The notes beneath the pieces were generated by a model that was not told where the DNA came from, did no database searches, and was given only the letters and a program-made list of their open reading frames with translations. A DNA stretch of 45,732 bases from NCBI GenBank assembly GCA_020053275.1, contig JAGVNL010000017.1, positions 1 through 45,732 on the forward strand, written 5' to 3'. Source of the DNA: a bacterium (GTDB taxonomy: Bacteria > Patescibacteriota > Patescibacteriia > UBA9934). This document shows positions 1 to 9,476 of this stretch, one piece after another. Every line of letters starts with the position of its first letter. Positions within the stretch are counted from its first letter, which is position 1. Both the position numbers and the translations under genes were made by a program.

Positions 1-98
1 GCGCATTTTGAAGGCCGTCGATTCCCTCAAGTAATAATCGACGAGCGTCTAAATGCCCGACTGAGAAAAGAAGTGACTCCCCGAGTCTCGCGTTGACG
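1..98. repeat. E1-family palindromic intergenic element, copy truncated by the window start. It ends 9 nt from the murD stop.
   Basis: Positions 3-76 are identical to 45659-45732. It is also close to 22143-22241, sharing cattttgaaggccgtcgatt...gaaaagaagtgactccccgagtctcgcgttgac. Confidence 0.85.
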
Positions 99-106
99 GA
101 AGCTTC

Positions 107-1561
107 TTAAAGCGTCCTCACAGCATCTCTAAACTGCTCTCCTCGTACAAACTCATTCGCAAATAGCGGAGCGCCAGGTGCAGCAGGTGAAAGTAACACC
201 ACAGTCCCGCGAATCGCTACTGCCCTCGCTTTGGTCACAGCGTCCGCCATATCAAGCGCGCGTTCCGTCTCAACCTTACCAAGTAACATTGTCTCAAAAC
301 TATCCGACGCCGTGCCTGGCAACAAAATCACCTGCTTGCACGACTTAACAATCTCTTCAATCAATTCTTTATAATCAACATGCTGATCCTCACCGCCAGC
401 GATCAGCACAACGCCATTATGCACACCAAACTTCTTTAGTACATCAATCGTCGCACCCGGTGTGACTGCCACAGTGTCGTTAATGAAGGTAATATCATTC
501 ACCTCTCTCACTAATTCTTGAGCCTCGCTCGCACCAACAAACTTCCGCAATGTCTGGGCGACATCTGCTTCCTTAACTCCTCGTAATAAAGCAGCACAAG
601 TCGCCGTCAACACATTCTCCAAATTTTCTGCACTCTGCAAACCAAGCTCAACAACCGGCAAAATCTTTGCGTCGACGCCAGCCTTGCGGAAAACCACCTG
701 ACCCTCCTTCACATAACAACCATCGTGATCTTGATATGTCTCAGAGCACCAGAAAAGTTTTCCAGTTACCTTCTCCGCCAGTTTTCGCAATGGCTCATTA
801 TCATAATTCAGCACAGCAAACTGTTCCGGCGTCTGCTCCGTAATCATTATCTCTTTAGATGCAATATACGCCTCAAAATCCTGGTAGCGACTTAAATGAT
901 CTGGAAAGACATTTGTAATAACTGCAATGTCTGGCCCTTTTTTCATGTCTGCAAACGCACTCGGCAAGCTCTCCAAGATCCACGAGGAAAGCTCGATCAC
1001 CACTGGCGTCGCCGTTTTCTTAGCTACCAAATCATCAAGCACCTCAAGCGGCGACATGACTATATTACCAGCTATCACGGCACTCTCATCCATTCTCTTT
1101 AACATCGCACCAAGCAAACGAGTAGTCGTCGTCTTACCTCTTGTTCCAGTAACTGCAATTGTTGGGTACTGAAAATAACGGAAAAATAAACTAACATCAG
1201 ACTCCATCGCCACACCTTTCGCCTTAGCCTGCAGGGCAAACTCTACCTCACTCTGCACGCCCGGCGATTGCACCACACAATCAACGCTCAAAAAATCCTC
1301 CGGCCTGTGCGTTCCCAAAATAAACAACGGCTGGTAAATTGTTCTGTCCGGAAACTGCTCACGATATTTGTTAAACCATTCCATTACACTATCCACCGAC
1401 TCCTTTAGCTCGGCAGCGTCCTTCAGGTCTGTAATTACAATCTGACTACCATGTTTAAGTAGCCATTTAGTAGCACTCAACCCACCACCCTGACCGTACC
1501 TGCCCAATCCCATCACAGTCACAATTGCGTCTTGAAAACTCACTTGTTTAGATAAATCCAT
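107..1561 (-). CDS. murD: UDP-N-acetylmuramoylalanine--D-glutamate ligase
   Basis: 484 aa. Mur ligase P-loop GTRGKTTTT, N-terminal Rossmann motif GLGRYGQGG, full-length ORF. Confidence 0.9.
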   Translation of the reverse strand: MDLSKQVSFQDAIVTVMGLGRYGQGGGLSATKWLLKHGSQIVITDLKDAAELKESVDSVMEWFNKYREQFPDRTIYQPLFILGTHRPEDFLSVDCVVQSPGVQSEVEFALQAKAKGVAMESDVSLFFRYFQYPTIAVTGTRGKTTTTRLLGAMLKRMDESAVIAGNIVMSPLEVLDDLVAKKTATPVVIELSSWILESLPSAFADMKKGPDIAVITNVFPDHLSRYQDFEAYIASKEIMITEQTPEQFAVLNYDNEPLRKLAEKVTGKLFWCSETYQDHDGCYVKEGQVVFRKAGVDAKILPVVELGLQSAENLENVLTATCAALLRGVKEADVAQTLRKFVGASEAQELVREVNDITFINDTVAVTPGATIDVLKKFGVHNGVVLIAGGEDQHVDYKELIEEIVKSCKQVILLPGTASDSFETMLLGKVETERALDMADAVTKARAVAIRGTVVLLSPAAPGAPLFANEFVRGEQFRDAVRTL

Positions 1562-1570
1562 ATATGACCC

Positions 1571-1579
1571 ATTATAGCA
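1571..1579 (-). promoter_or_regulatory. Extended -10 box TGCTATAAT, 9 nt upstream of the murD ATG (leaderless-type)
   Basis: The minus strand reads tgctataat gggtcatat ATG. Confidence 0.5.
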
Positions 1580-1581
1580 GA

Positions 1582-1611
1582 AAACAAAAAATCCCCCGAA
1601 TAGGCGGGGAT
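1582..1611 (-). terminator. Intrinsic terminator downstream of tRNA-Lys
   Basis: The minus strand has stem atcccc/ggggat followed by tttttgtttt. Confidence 0.6.
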
Positions 1612-1615
1612 CTTT

Positions 1616-1690
1616 TGGTGCGCCGAGCGGGGATCGAACCCGCGACCACAGGCTTAAAAGGCCTTTGCTCTACCACTGAGCTACCAGCGC
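1616..1690 (-). tRNA. tRNA-Lys (anticodon UUU) with encoded CCA
   Basis: Reverse complement is GCGCTGGTAGCTCAGTGGTAGAGCAAAGGCCTTTTAAGCCTGTGGTCGCGGGTTCGATCCCCGCTCGGCGCACCA. It folds as a cloverleaf with T-loop GGTTCGATCC and anticodon loop CTTTTAA. Confidence 0.9.
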
Positions 1691-1746
1691 ATACTTAATT
1701 TCTAGCGGGCAAAGAATAGCATTATTAGTGGGTAAAATCAAGTTCA

Positions 1747-1755
1747 TGCTATAAT
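1747..1755 (+). promoter_or_regulatory. Extended -10 box TGCTATAAT, 11 nt upstream of the GT39 ATG
   Basis: catgctataattaccacattctATG. Confidence 0.5.
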
Positions 1756-1766
1756 TACCACATTCT

Positions 1767-3254
1767 ATGTCTAAAATCTCCTTCAAAATTTCTCATCTGT
1801 GGCCAACATTTGCCGTTCTCGGCACCATGGCCCTCGGCGCCGTCCTCCGTTTTATCCCCCTCATGCAGCGTGACTTCTGGTACGACGAAGCCTTTACGGG
1901 CATCACTATCCGCCAATCCTGGAGCCAAATGATGAGCATCGTCGTCCATGATGTTCACCCACCGCTTTACTATATTCTCCTTAAACTCTGGTCGTTAATT
2001 GCTAGCAGCAGTCCGTTCGCTATCCGTAGTTTCTCAGTCATCATAAGCGTCGCTACTATTGGCCTCGTCTATATTGCCCTCCGTCAATGGTTCAAAAAAA
2101 GCCATCTGCCAGCCGTTCTTGGTAGTCTAGTCATGGCCATAAACCCATTCTTCATCAACTACGGCCAGGAAGCTCGTTCGTATACCCTTTTCGCTTTTCT
2201 CCTAGCTCTCGCCACCATACTCCTCACAAAATCGTGGGACAAGCCCTCCACTAAACTTCGCCTCGCCTACAGCCTTACACTATTAGCAATCTTGTTGACG
2301 CATTACCTAGGTGCCGTCTTCGCCCTAGCCTTTGTTATTGCCGACTTCACTCATCACTATTTCACCAGGCGCGCCACCAACATAAAAAAACCACTATTCA
2401 ATAAATATTTCAACCGCTTCGTAGCCAGTGGTTACGCCATCCCACTTCTTGGCGGCCTAGCTTGGTTGCCATCATTCCGCACCCAAATCAGCGGCCACAA
2501 CACACTCGGTTGGGTTCCTAACTCAACCTTTGATCACCTCCCAACCACACTCCACATTTTCCTTTTTGGCGCCCCAGTCGGCGTTGCTGGCGTTCCACCA
2601 GCCCTCGGCTATCGTTTTGACTGGCTGTCCGTTGCTTCCGTCAGTGTCATCCTGGTCGTCCTCATCACTACTCTCGTGGTCATCATCACCTTACGCAAAA
2701 AATGGGACGCTACCCTCGCCTTACTAGGCTTCATGACCATCTTCCCTCTCCTCATCACCCTCGCGCTCCAGCTAATTCATGTTCAACTTTTTGTTGAACG
2801 CTTCTTAATTGGCAGTGCTCTGTTCCTAGTTCTCTTCCTAGTTCTAGCCCTCAGCCAACTGGGTACCAAGCTCACAGCACTCAAAACAACAGCCAGCCTT
2901 TACATTCTCGCCGTACTACTCATTCAACCTTACAGCTATCAACCACACTTCTCAACTCTTGCTTCTACCATCAATCGCCTAGCCCCACAAAGCACCGTCA
3001 TCGCCACCGATCCTTTTGACTTTATTCTCCTCCGTTTCTACCTCGGCGAAACGCGTAATTTACAAGTTTATCTTACACCAGACGCCAACGGCAATACAGA
3101 ATATATAGGCGGCTGGGCACTCATTAACGATCGCGCAAATCAAATCCTCGCACTTCCAACAACTCCCACAATCATCGCCGCCCACAAACTAGCAGACTTC
3201 CCTTCGTTCAATATAACAACCACCGTCAACGACATTTCGCTTATGCAAAACTAG
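1767..3254 (+). CDS. GT-C fold glycosyltransferase, family 39 (ArnT/PMT-like), polytopic membrane protein
   Basis: 495 aa with many TM helices. It has the first-loop acidic motif FWYDEAFT typical of GT39/ArnT-like enzymes. Confidence 0.75.
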   Translation: MSKISFKISHLWPTFAVLGTMALGAVLRFIPLMQRDFWYDEAFTGITIRQSWSQMMSIVVHDVHPPLYYILLKLWSLIASSSPFAIRSFSVIISVATIGLVYIALRQWFKKSHLPAVLGSLVMAINPFFINYGQEARSYTLFAFLLALATILLTKSWDKPSTKLRLAYSLTLLAILLTHYLGAVFALAFVIADFTHHYFTRRATNIKKPLFNKYFNRFVASGYAIPLLGGLAWLPSFRTQISGHNTLGWVPNSTFDHLPTTLHIFLFGAPVGVAGVPPALGYRFDWLSVASVSVILVVLITTLVVIITLRKKWDATLALLGFMTIFPLLITLALQLIHVQLFVERFLIGSALFLVLFLVLALSQLGTKLTALKTTASLYILAVLLIQPYSYQPHFSTLASTINRLAPQSTVIATDPFDFILLRFYLGETRNLQVYLTPDANGNTEYIGGWALINDRANQILALPTTPTIIAAHKLADFPSFNITTTVNDISLMQN

Positions 3255-3257
3255 CTT

Positions 3258-3731
3258 ATGCAAAGACTAAAGCGTTTCGGTCAACAACACGCCCACACCT
3301 TCTTCAAATACGCCTTAGTTGGTATTAGTGGCACCGTAATCGATGTCGGCCTCTTCACCTTCCTCATCGCCGCCACTTTCCTCGGATCTTCCCCAATCCT
3401 GCACGCCGTTGCCGCCTCTACCAGTTTCGTGCTCGCCGTCACCAATAATTATTACTGGAACAGTCGCTGGACATTTGCTGCAGACAGTTTAGCTGGTAGC
3501 AAAAAACAATATGCCAAGTTTCTCATTGTTTCCGCCGGCGGCTGGGTTCTCAACATTGGTTTTTTGACTATTTTTTCAGCGGTTATTTATCAACTCATGA
3601 TTAGTGCCTCATTTATAGACGGCGTCGCACCGCTGCCAACTTGGGGCTTAACCCTCGCTAAAATCACCGCCTCGATCGCCGTCCTCGCTTATAACTTCAT
3701 CGCCAACCGCTTCTGGACCTTCAAAAAATAG
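3258..3731 (+). CDS. GtrA family membrane protein
   Basis: 157 aa with 4 TM helices. N-terminal FFKYALVGISGTVIDVGLF and C-terminal NRFWTF are typical of GtrA. Confidence 0.8.
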   Translation: MQRLKRFGQQHAHTFFKYALVGISGTVIDVGLFTFLIAATFLGSSPILHAVAASTSFVLAVTNNYYWNSRWTFAADSLAGSKKQYAKFLIVSAGGWVLNIGFLTIFSAVIYQLMISASFIDGVAPLPTWGLTLAKITASIAVLAYNFIANRFWTFKK

Positions 3732-3733
3732 TT

Positions 3734-4471
3734 ATGCGCACTCCAGACCTGTCAATCGTCATTCCCTGCTACAACGAAGAAGGTCGCCTACCAGCCACCC
3801 TTCGTGACATAGCAAAATACCTCATCACCTCCAGCCTGGTGGTAGAGATTATTGTGGTTGACGATGGCAGCAAGGACAATACAGTCGAGGTCGCCGCCTC
3901 CATGCAAAAACTTCTCCCAATGCTCCGTCTTCTCCCCTTCACTAAAAACCGTGGTAAAGGTCATGCTGTCAAACACGGCATACTAACAGCCAAAGGCAAG
4001 CTTGTACTTTTCATGGACGCAGACAACTCCACCCCAATTCGTGAAGTAGAAAAACTCCTGCCCTTCACTAATCAATATCCAGTAGTCATCGGTTCTCGTC
4101 ATCTGCACGAAAGTAATGTAGTCATTAAACAACCACTTTCTCGCATCATTATTAGTCGCCTCGGCAACCTACTCATACAAGCCCTCCTCATTCGTGGTAT
4201 TCGCGACACCCAATGTGGCTTCAAACTTTTCCAAAAAAACGCAGCCCAGGACATCTTTGCCAAACAACGCACTACCGGTTTTGGTTTCGATATGGAAGTA
4301 CTCGCCATCGCCCAAAAAATCTTTCACTACAAAATAAAAGAAGTCCCCGTCTCCTGGTACAACTCCCAGGACTCCCGTGTCAGGCCTATCCACGACGCCT
4401 GGCGCACGCTCAAAGATCTCTTTCGCATCAAACAGAACCTCCTAACCGGCCTCTACAAAAAGGCGTCATAA
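3734..4471 (+). CDS. GT2 polyprenol-phosphate glycosyltransferase (Dpm1/ArnC-like)
   Basis: LSIVIPCYNEE, VDDGSKDNT, MDADNS (DxD) and QCGFK motifs. Tightly coupled to the GtrA gene. Confidence 0.85.
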   Translation: MRTPDLSIVIPCYNEEGRLPATLRDIAKYLITSSLVVEIIVVDDGSKDNTVEVAASMQKLLPMLRLLPFTKNRGKGHAVKHGILTAKGKLVLFMDADNSTPIREVEKLLPFTNQYPVVIGSRHLHESNVVIKQPLSRIIISRLGNLLIQALLIRGIRDTQCGFKLFQKNAAQDIFAKQRTTGFGFDMEVLAIAQKIFHYKIKEVPVSWYNSQDSRVRPIHDAWRTLKDLFRIKQNLLTGLYKKAS

Positions 4472-4586
4472 CAGCTAAATATGGCTAACCGTATTGACTT
4501 CAGCTCAAAACTGCAGTACATTCTTGGCGTCCAACCGGACAAGCAACCACCAACCAGCGTCGCCCAAGCGACACACGGAGCAGTCA

Positions 4587-5000
4587 ATGGATCTCCTCGA
4601 TAGTAGAACTCGTAGATCAACATCAGTCGAACAGGTCAAGCCACCACGCCAGCCTGTTTACTCAGTCCTGACGCCGACAGTCTGGGCCAGCGATACCTCG
4701 CTCATGACTCGCGAACAGTTCGCGCAAGTCTGGGAGGTCATCCTCACCACACTCAAAGGCAAGGACATCCAGCAGGGACAGCTTTTCCTCAACCGTTGGC
4801 GGCTGGAGCTGTCACAAGCCTGGCAATGGCACGAGGACATCGAGCGCATCATCAGGCCGCTCTGCCCGCTCGCTGTGACCGGTGGTCGCGAAATTTGGGT
4901 CGCCGAGGAAGCACAGCGACCGAACATCTTCAGCCAACACGAGCTGCAGAGAACCAACGAGGCCATTCGTGCCATCATAAAGCAGAAGCCACTCTCCTGA
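4587..5000 (+). CDS. Hypothetical protein (137 aa) in a GC-rich island. I recognise no family.
   Basis: GGAG lies 7 nt upstream of the ATG at 4587. The track ORF begins at 4494. A hairpin follows the TGA stop. Confidence 0.5.
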   Translation: MDLLDSRTRRSTSVEQVKPPRQPVYSVLTPTVWASDTSLMTREQFAQVWEVILTTLKGKDIQQGQLFLNRWRLELSQAWQWHEDIERIIRPLCPLAVTGGREIWVAEEAQRPNIFSQHELQRTNEAIRAIIKQKPLS

Positions 5001-5060
5001 GCCGCAACTCACCCTCTTCAACTTCTTCTGAAGGGCCGCGTGTGAGGTGCGGCTCTTCTT
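5000..5060 (+). terminator. Hairpin after the GC-rich ORF
   Basis: Arms agccgcaactcac (5000-5012) and gtgaggtgcggct (5042-5054), followed by cttcttatt. Confidence 0.45.
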
Positions 5061-5161
5061 ATTACAAAAATCTAAAAGTCAAAAAAATCACCAACACGCC
5101 AGCTATCATACAAGCCAAACCAAGCCACATCGGTCGCAGTGAGTTATGTTCACTCATAATT

Positions 5162-6235
5162 TTAGAGTAATAAAGTTAAGGCTTCATGCACAATTCTTTC
5201 GTCTGCATTCAAAGCAAACAACCCACGAATATTCTTACCAAACTCCGCACTCAATTCATGGTTATCAAGTAAGCGTCTAATTGTCTGCTCTAAAATCTGT
5301 GGCGTCATATGCCAAATAACCTGCGCTGCTTTCCGCTCTTCTAAAACCCTAGCGTTAGCTTCCTGAAAAGGCTCGTGAATAGGAATAATAATTGATGGTT
5401 TGCCAAGTGCTGCCAGCTCAGAAATTGTGCCAAGCCCGGCTCGCGACACAACTAAATCTGCTACGGCATAAGCGTCGGCCATACCTTCATTCAAAAACTC
5501 TAGCGCTACATAACTAGGTTTCGCCTCTTCGAGCACCGTCAACATTTTTCCCCGTCCCACCAAATGCAACACATTCATGTACGGCACTAAATCTTGCCAA
5601 ATCGCCGCCATCGTTTCGTTAATAGACGCCGCCCCAGTACCGCCTCCCACCACTAAAAGCGTTGGCAACGCTGCATTAAAACCATATCGCTGTAAGGCAA
5701 CTTCTCGCTCACCATGACGAATCGCTTGCCGCACCATACTACCAACCAGTAATGTTTTGCGAGCAGGAAAATACTTAGCCGTCTCTTCAAATGACACACT
5801 AATCTTACGAGCAACCAAGGTCATCAACTTATTTGCCAAGCCAGGCAAGACATCTAGCTGATGCACCCAAACAGGAATTCGTAACACAAACGCCGCCCAA
5901 GCTACTGGCACTGCCACATAACCACCAGCCACAAACACAAAGCTAGGTTTCGTTACATATAAAATACGGATTGCGTTAACCCAGCTTACAAAAAACCTAA
6001 TCGGAATTAACGGCCACAGCCACCAACGATGACGATCAAGCTTTGGTGCTGCCAACTGCCAAAACGGAATCCGCTGACTTTCTACCAACAATCGTTCAGG
6101 GCCATGTGGTGTTCCAATAAATGACAACGACACACCGGGATTGCGTTTTCGCAAATCAGCAGCAATTGCTAAAAGTGGCGTCACGCTGCCCAGCGTTCCG
6201 CCCCCAGTCAATAAAAAATGTTGTTCATTTAGCAT
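5162..6235 (-). CDS. murG: Undecaprenyldiphospho-muramoylpentapeptide beta-N-acetylglucosaminyltransferase
   Basis: 357 aa with GGGTLGSVTP and GGGTGAASIN glycine loops. Lies in the dcw cluster after ftsW. Confidence 0.9.
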   Translation of the reverse strand: MLNEQHFLLTGGGTLGSVTPLLAIAADLRKRNPGVSLSFIGTPHGPERLLVESQRIPFWQLAAPKLDRHRWWLWPLIPIRFFVSWVNAIRILYVTKPSFVFVAGGYVAVPVAWAAFVLRIPVWVHQLDVLPGLANKLMTLVARKISVSFEETAKYFPARKTLLVGSMVRQAIRHGEREVALQRYGFNAALPTLLVVGGGTGAASINETMAAIWQDLVPYMNVLHLVGRGKMLTVLEEAKPSYVALEFLNEGMADAYAVADLVVSRAGLGTISELAALGKPSIIIPIHEPFQEANARVLEERKAAQVIWHMTPQILEQTIRRLLDNHELSAEFGKNIRGLFALNADERIVHEALTLLL

Positions 6236-6237
6236 AT

Positions 6238-7344
6238 TTAATGTTTGGCGTGAGTAGAAATATTTGCCACAATACCCATCGCTGTTAATGATACCGCTAG
6301 AGCCGTTCCTCCGTAACTAATGAGCGGCAATGGAACACCAGTTATCGGCAACAAACCAACCATTGCGCCGATGTTCACGATTGCCTGCACTCCGAGCCAT
6401 GTCATTATACCAACAACTAAGTAACGACTAAAAGCATCTGGTGCTCGTTCAGCAATCCGCAAACCACGAGCCAATAACGCAAAATATAAAGCTAAAAAAG
6501 CAAATGTAAAAATAAAACCTAGTTCTTCACCTATGACCGCAAAAATTGAGTCACCAGCAACCTCCGGCAAATACTGAAACTTTTGCAATGAGTGACCATA
6601 ACCGCGCCCAAAAATGCCGCCTGAACCAATCGCCAGCAAAGCCTGATTGATGTGGTAACCAACACCCTGCGGATCAAGCTCTGGGTGCAAAAATGTAGTA
6701 AATCGTGCCGCCCGATACGGCGTCAGTTTAATAAGCAAAGCTAAACCAGCCATTCCAGCTGCGCCAACGCCGAGCAGATATTTAAGTGGTGCACCAGCAG
6801 AAAAATAAGTCGCTAACGCCATAGCTACAATAATCACCATAGTGCCAGTATCAGGCTCTGCAATCAGCAAGGCCGCAACCACACCAAGCACACATAAAAA
6901 TGGTAGTACGCCTTGTGAAAAATCCTTCAGCTCATGCTCGCTGCGTTTCTCGAGCCAGCCAGCTAAATAAAACATAAATGTAAGTTTGACTATTTCTGAC
7001 GGCTGCATGCTAAATGAGCCAATCATAATCCAGCTATGCGAACCACCAAACTCAGCACCAATCCCAGGAATAAAAACCAATAGCAACAACGCTAAAGAAA
7101 TAAACAACATGACCGTGGCATATTTTTTATACACTGTGAATGGCACCTTATAAGCAACCGCAAAACCAACCAACCCCGGCAACAAGCCAAAAATAAGTTG
7201 GTGAATAACATAATAATAACCGTTACCAAAACGGCTAAGACCAAGCGGAAAGGAAGCAGATGTCAGCATTATAAGGCCAAATAAAACCAGACCGCCGAGC
7301 AGTAGTAAAAACCCGCGGTCAACTTTATTCTCACCTCGCTCCAT
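6238..7344 (-). CDS. ftsW: SEDS-family peptidoglycan glycosyltransferase FtsW
   Basis: 368 aa polytopic protein with C-terminal SEDS motifs (PITGVPLPLISYGGT). Positioned between mraY and murG. Confidence 0.85.
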   Translation of the reverse strand: MERGENKVDRGFLLLLGGLVLFGLIMLTSASFPLGLSRFGNGYYYVIHQLIFGLLPGLVGFAVAYKVPFTVYKKYATVMLFISLALLLLVFIPGIGAEFGGSHSWIMIGSFSMQPSEIVKLTFMFYLAGWLEKRSEHELKDFSQGVLPFLCVLGVVAALLIAEPDTGTMVIIVAMALATYFSAGAPLKYLLGVGAAGMAGLALLIKLTPYRAARFTTFLHPELDPQGVGYHINQALLAIGSGGIFGRGYGHSLQKFQYLPEVAGDSIFAVIGEELGFIFTFAFLALYFALLARGLRIAERAPDAFSRYLVVGIMTWLGVQAIVNIGAMVGLLPITGVPLPLISYGGTALAVSLTAMGIVANISTHAKH

Positions 7345-7350
7345 AAAATT

Positions 7351-8406
7351 TTATCCTAGAAGTGCCGTATCTAGTAAAGCAACTATCAAACCAATCGCCG
7401 CACCCATCCAAGACAGTAACCAAAACCGCATTACCACCTTTGGCTCCGGCCAACCCTTTGCCTCAAAATGATGATGAATCGGCGCGATCAAGAAGACCTT
7501 TCGCTTAAAAACTTTTTTAGAAACCATTTGAATTATCGTGGTCACCGCCTCGACCACAAAAACAATTCCAATAATCGGCAGGAGTAGTGCAGAATCCGTC
7601 AGCATCGCCACCACACCAAGCGTAACCCCAAGCGACATCGCGCCAGTGTCGCCCATAATAAACCTAGCAGGCCAAATGTTAAACCAGAGGAAGGCGAACA
7701 AAGCACCCATGATAACGGCACAGAAAGCAGCCAAGTCAACGCGACCCTGTAACAGCGCAATCACCGCATAGGCACCGAAGGCCGAAGCTAATGTACCGCC
7801 AGCTAAACCGTCCAGCCCATCAGTTTGATTAACAGAAAATGAAGTGCCAACAATCACCAAAATGAACATCGGAATATACCACCAGCCGATAGTTATGTCA
7901 CCCAACAGTGGAATATGCAATGAATCCCACCCCAGCTTAATATAAAACCACCATGATCCAAGTGCTGCAATAATGGCATAAAGCACCAACCTGTGACGAA
8001 TATGAATACCGCCGCCCTGCTCACCAATTCCTCGTACATTCAGGTAATCATCAACTAAACCTACCAACCCAGCTGCCACCAACACAAATAATGGTAACCA
8101 GGTTTGTTGTCGTGATAAAAAGTTTAGCTGACCAAAAAACGATTCAGGCGCAAAACTCGCAATTATCGCAAAAATAAGAGCCAGAATAAGCGGCGTAACC
8201 CACATAAGTAAACCACCCATCGTTGGTACGCCAGCTTTCTTGGCATGAAGCTTGGCAAACATTGGTGCAGACACGGCACTGCGGATTGATTTACCTAACC
8301 GGAAACGATACAAAAAATGCGTCAAAAGTGGCGTCCAAGCTAAAGCTAAAATAAATGACAAAGTAGCTAAAGCCAGAATTTTCGACAACGCAAAAGCATC
8401 AAGCAT
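7351..8406 (-). CDS. mraY: Phospho-N-acetylmuramoyl-pentapeptide transferase
   Basis: 351 aa with NQTDGLDGLA, MGDTGAMSLG and APIHHHFE motifs. Confidence 0.92.
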   Translation of the reverse strand: MLDAFALSKILALATLSFILALAWTPLLTHFLYRFRLGKSIRSAVSAPMFAKLHAKKAGVPTMGGLLMWVTPLILALIFAIIASFAPESFFGQLNFLSRQQTWLPLFVLVAAGLVGLVDDYLNVRGIGEQGGGIHIRHRLVLYAIIAALGSWWFYIKLGWDSLHIPLLGDITIGWWYIPMFILVIVGTSFSVNQTDGLDGLAGGTLASAFGAYAVIALLQGRVDLAAFCAVIMGALFAFLWFNIWPARFIMGDTGAMSLGVTLGVVAMLTDSALLLPIIGIVFVVEAVTTIIQMVSKKVFKRKVFLIAPIHHHFEAKGWPEPKVVMRFWLLSWMGAAIGLIVALLDTALLG

Positions 8407-8782
8407 AGTAGGTAAGATTGAGGATTACGATAAAAATTAAATGGACTGCAATCAAAATGTTAAGCAGAAGAGCTGTTACAATAACCGCATAAGCAATAAC
8501 TTTTTCACGCGACCAAATCCTTACTGCATAACAAATATTAATCAGCGTCAAAACTACACCAATCAATGACGGCACAAATAACTGCCACCAGCTACCCACC
8601 TTGTCTACCCCAATGTGAATATTGTAATGCAACGGCACCACGCGTAATTGCTGAACCTGTGGAAAGAGCGTAGTAATCAACAAAATGACACCTCCTACAA
8701 GCATTAAGGCACAAGCAACAATCGACCAGCGGAAAAACCGCAGCTTGTACATTTCCCGCCAACTGTGCAAAAACGAAGCCAC
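8399..8782 (-). CDS. Hypothetical 3-TM membrane protein; overlaps the mraY start by 8 nt
   Basis: 127 aa hydrophobic ORF in the dcw-cluster position where ftsL/ftsI usually sit. No recognisable family. Confidence 0.5.
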   Translation of the reverse strand: MASFLHSWREMYKLRFFRWSIVACALMLVGGVILLITTLFPQVQQLRVVPLHYNIHIGVDKVGSWWQLFVPSLIGVVLTLINICYAVRIWSREKVIAYAVIVTALLLNILIAVHLIFIVILNLTYYA

Positions 8783-8788
8783 AAAAGG

Positions 8789-9016
8789 TTATTCAACAAG
8801 AATTACACTCTTAACTGCTGGGACCCGCTCTCTAACCACACTCGCTACCCCTCGTTCGAGAGTAAAAGCAGCCAGCGGACAAGTCCGGCAAACTCCAGCA
8901 AATCGTACAGATAAAGCACCATTTTGTGGATTAAAACCAACAAATTCGACACTTCCACCATGGTTTGCCAAACTGACGCTAACTTCAGCTAAAATCGACA
9001 CAATCAGATCTTCCAT
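8789..9016 (-). CDS. NifU C-terminal domain (Nfu-like) protein
   Basis: 75 aa with GGSVEFVGF and a CRTCP CxxC motif. Confidence 0.8.
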   Translation of the reverse strand: MEDLIVSILAEVSVSLANHGGSVEFVGFNPQNGALSVRFAGVCRTCPLAAFTLERGVASVVRERVPAVKSVILVE

Positions 9017-9023
9017 AGCCTGC

Positions 9024-9029
9024 AGTATA
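9024..9029 (-). promoter_or_regulatory. -10 box TATACT, 7 nt upstream of the Nfu-like ATG
   Basis: The minus strand reads cggtatact gcaggct ATG. Confidence 0.4.
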
Positions 9030-9059
9030 CCGTACCCATCGCCTTATCACCAGTCTACC

Positions 9060-9088
9060 TTGACGATAACCCATCTTTTAGCTATAGT
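9060..9088 (+). promoter_or_regulatory. Sigma70-like promoter for rpmA
   Basis: TTGACG, 17-nt spacer, TATAGT. Confidence 0.5.
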
Positions 9089-9143
9089 ACCGCCGAAATA
9101 TCCCCTCAATTATCAACACCTTTTCTAAGGTTCTAAACATTGT

Positions 9144-9416
9144 ATGGCACATAAAAAGGCGCAGGGTTCAACAACTAATGGCCGAGATTCCCGTGCTCAA
9201 CGCTTGGGCGTTAAGCGCAGCGACGGCACCAAAGTATTGTCTGGTGAAATCCTAGTTCGTCAGCGCGGTACCGCTATCCACCCAGGACTCAATGTCCGCC
9301 GTGGCAAGGACGACACCCTCTACGCCATCACTTCTGGTGTAGTCGGCTTTATGAAAAAGAAAATGCCAAACTTTACTGGCGTGCTCAAGCAACGCACCTT
9401 CGTCTCCGTAAAATAA
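9144..9416 (+). CDS. rpmA: 50S ribosomal protein L27
   Basis: [24 protein letters not shown] is the canonical L27 N-terminus. Confidence 0.95.
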   Translation: MAHKKAQGSTTNGRDSRAQRLGVKRSDGTKVLSGEILVRQRGTAIHPGLNVRRGKDDTLYAITSGVVGFMKKKMPNFTGVLKQRTFVSVK

Positions 9417-9430
9417 TTTTCAAAGTCACA

Positions 9431-9455
9431 AAAACGAGCCACTTGGCTCGTTTTT
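9431..9455. terminator. Bidirectional intrinsic terminator between convergent rpmA and the PPIase gene
   Basis: aaaacgagcc-actt-ggctcgtttt. Confidence 0.7.
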
Positions 9456-9476
9456 GCGTTCATCATTTAATTCTGC

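Noticed and set aside
1-76. The window start and end are identical over 74 nt, which could mean a circular replicon or contig with overlapping ends.
   Set aside because: The two nucleotides preceding the match differ (gc versus ta). A third diverged copy of the same element exists at 22083-22249, so these are most simply separate copies of a dispersed repeat. This cannot be fully excluded without flanking sequence.
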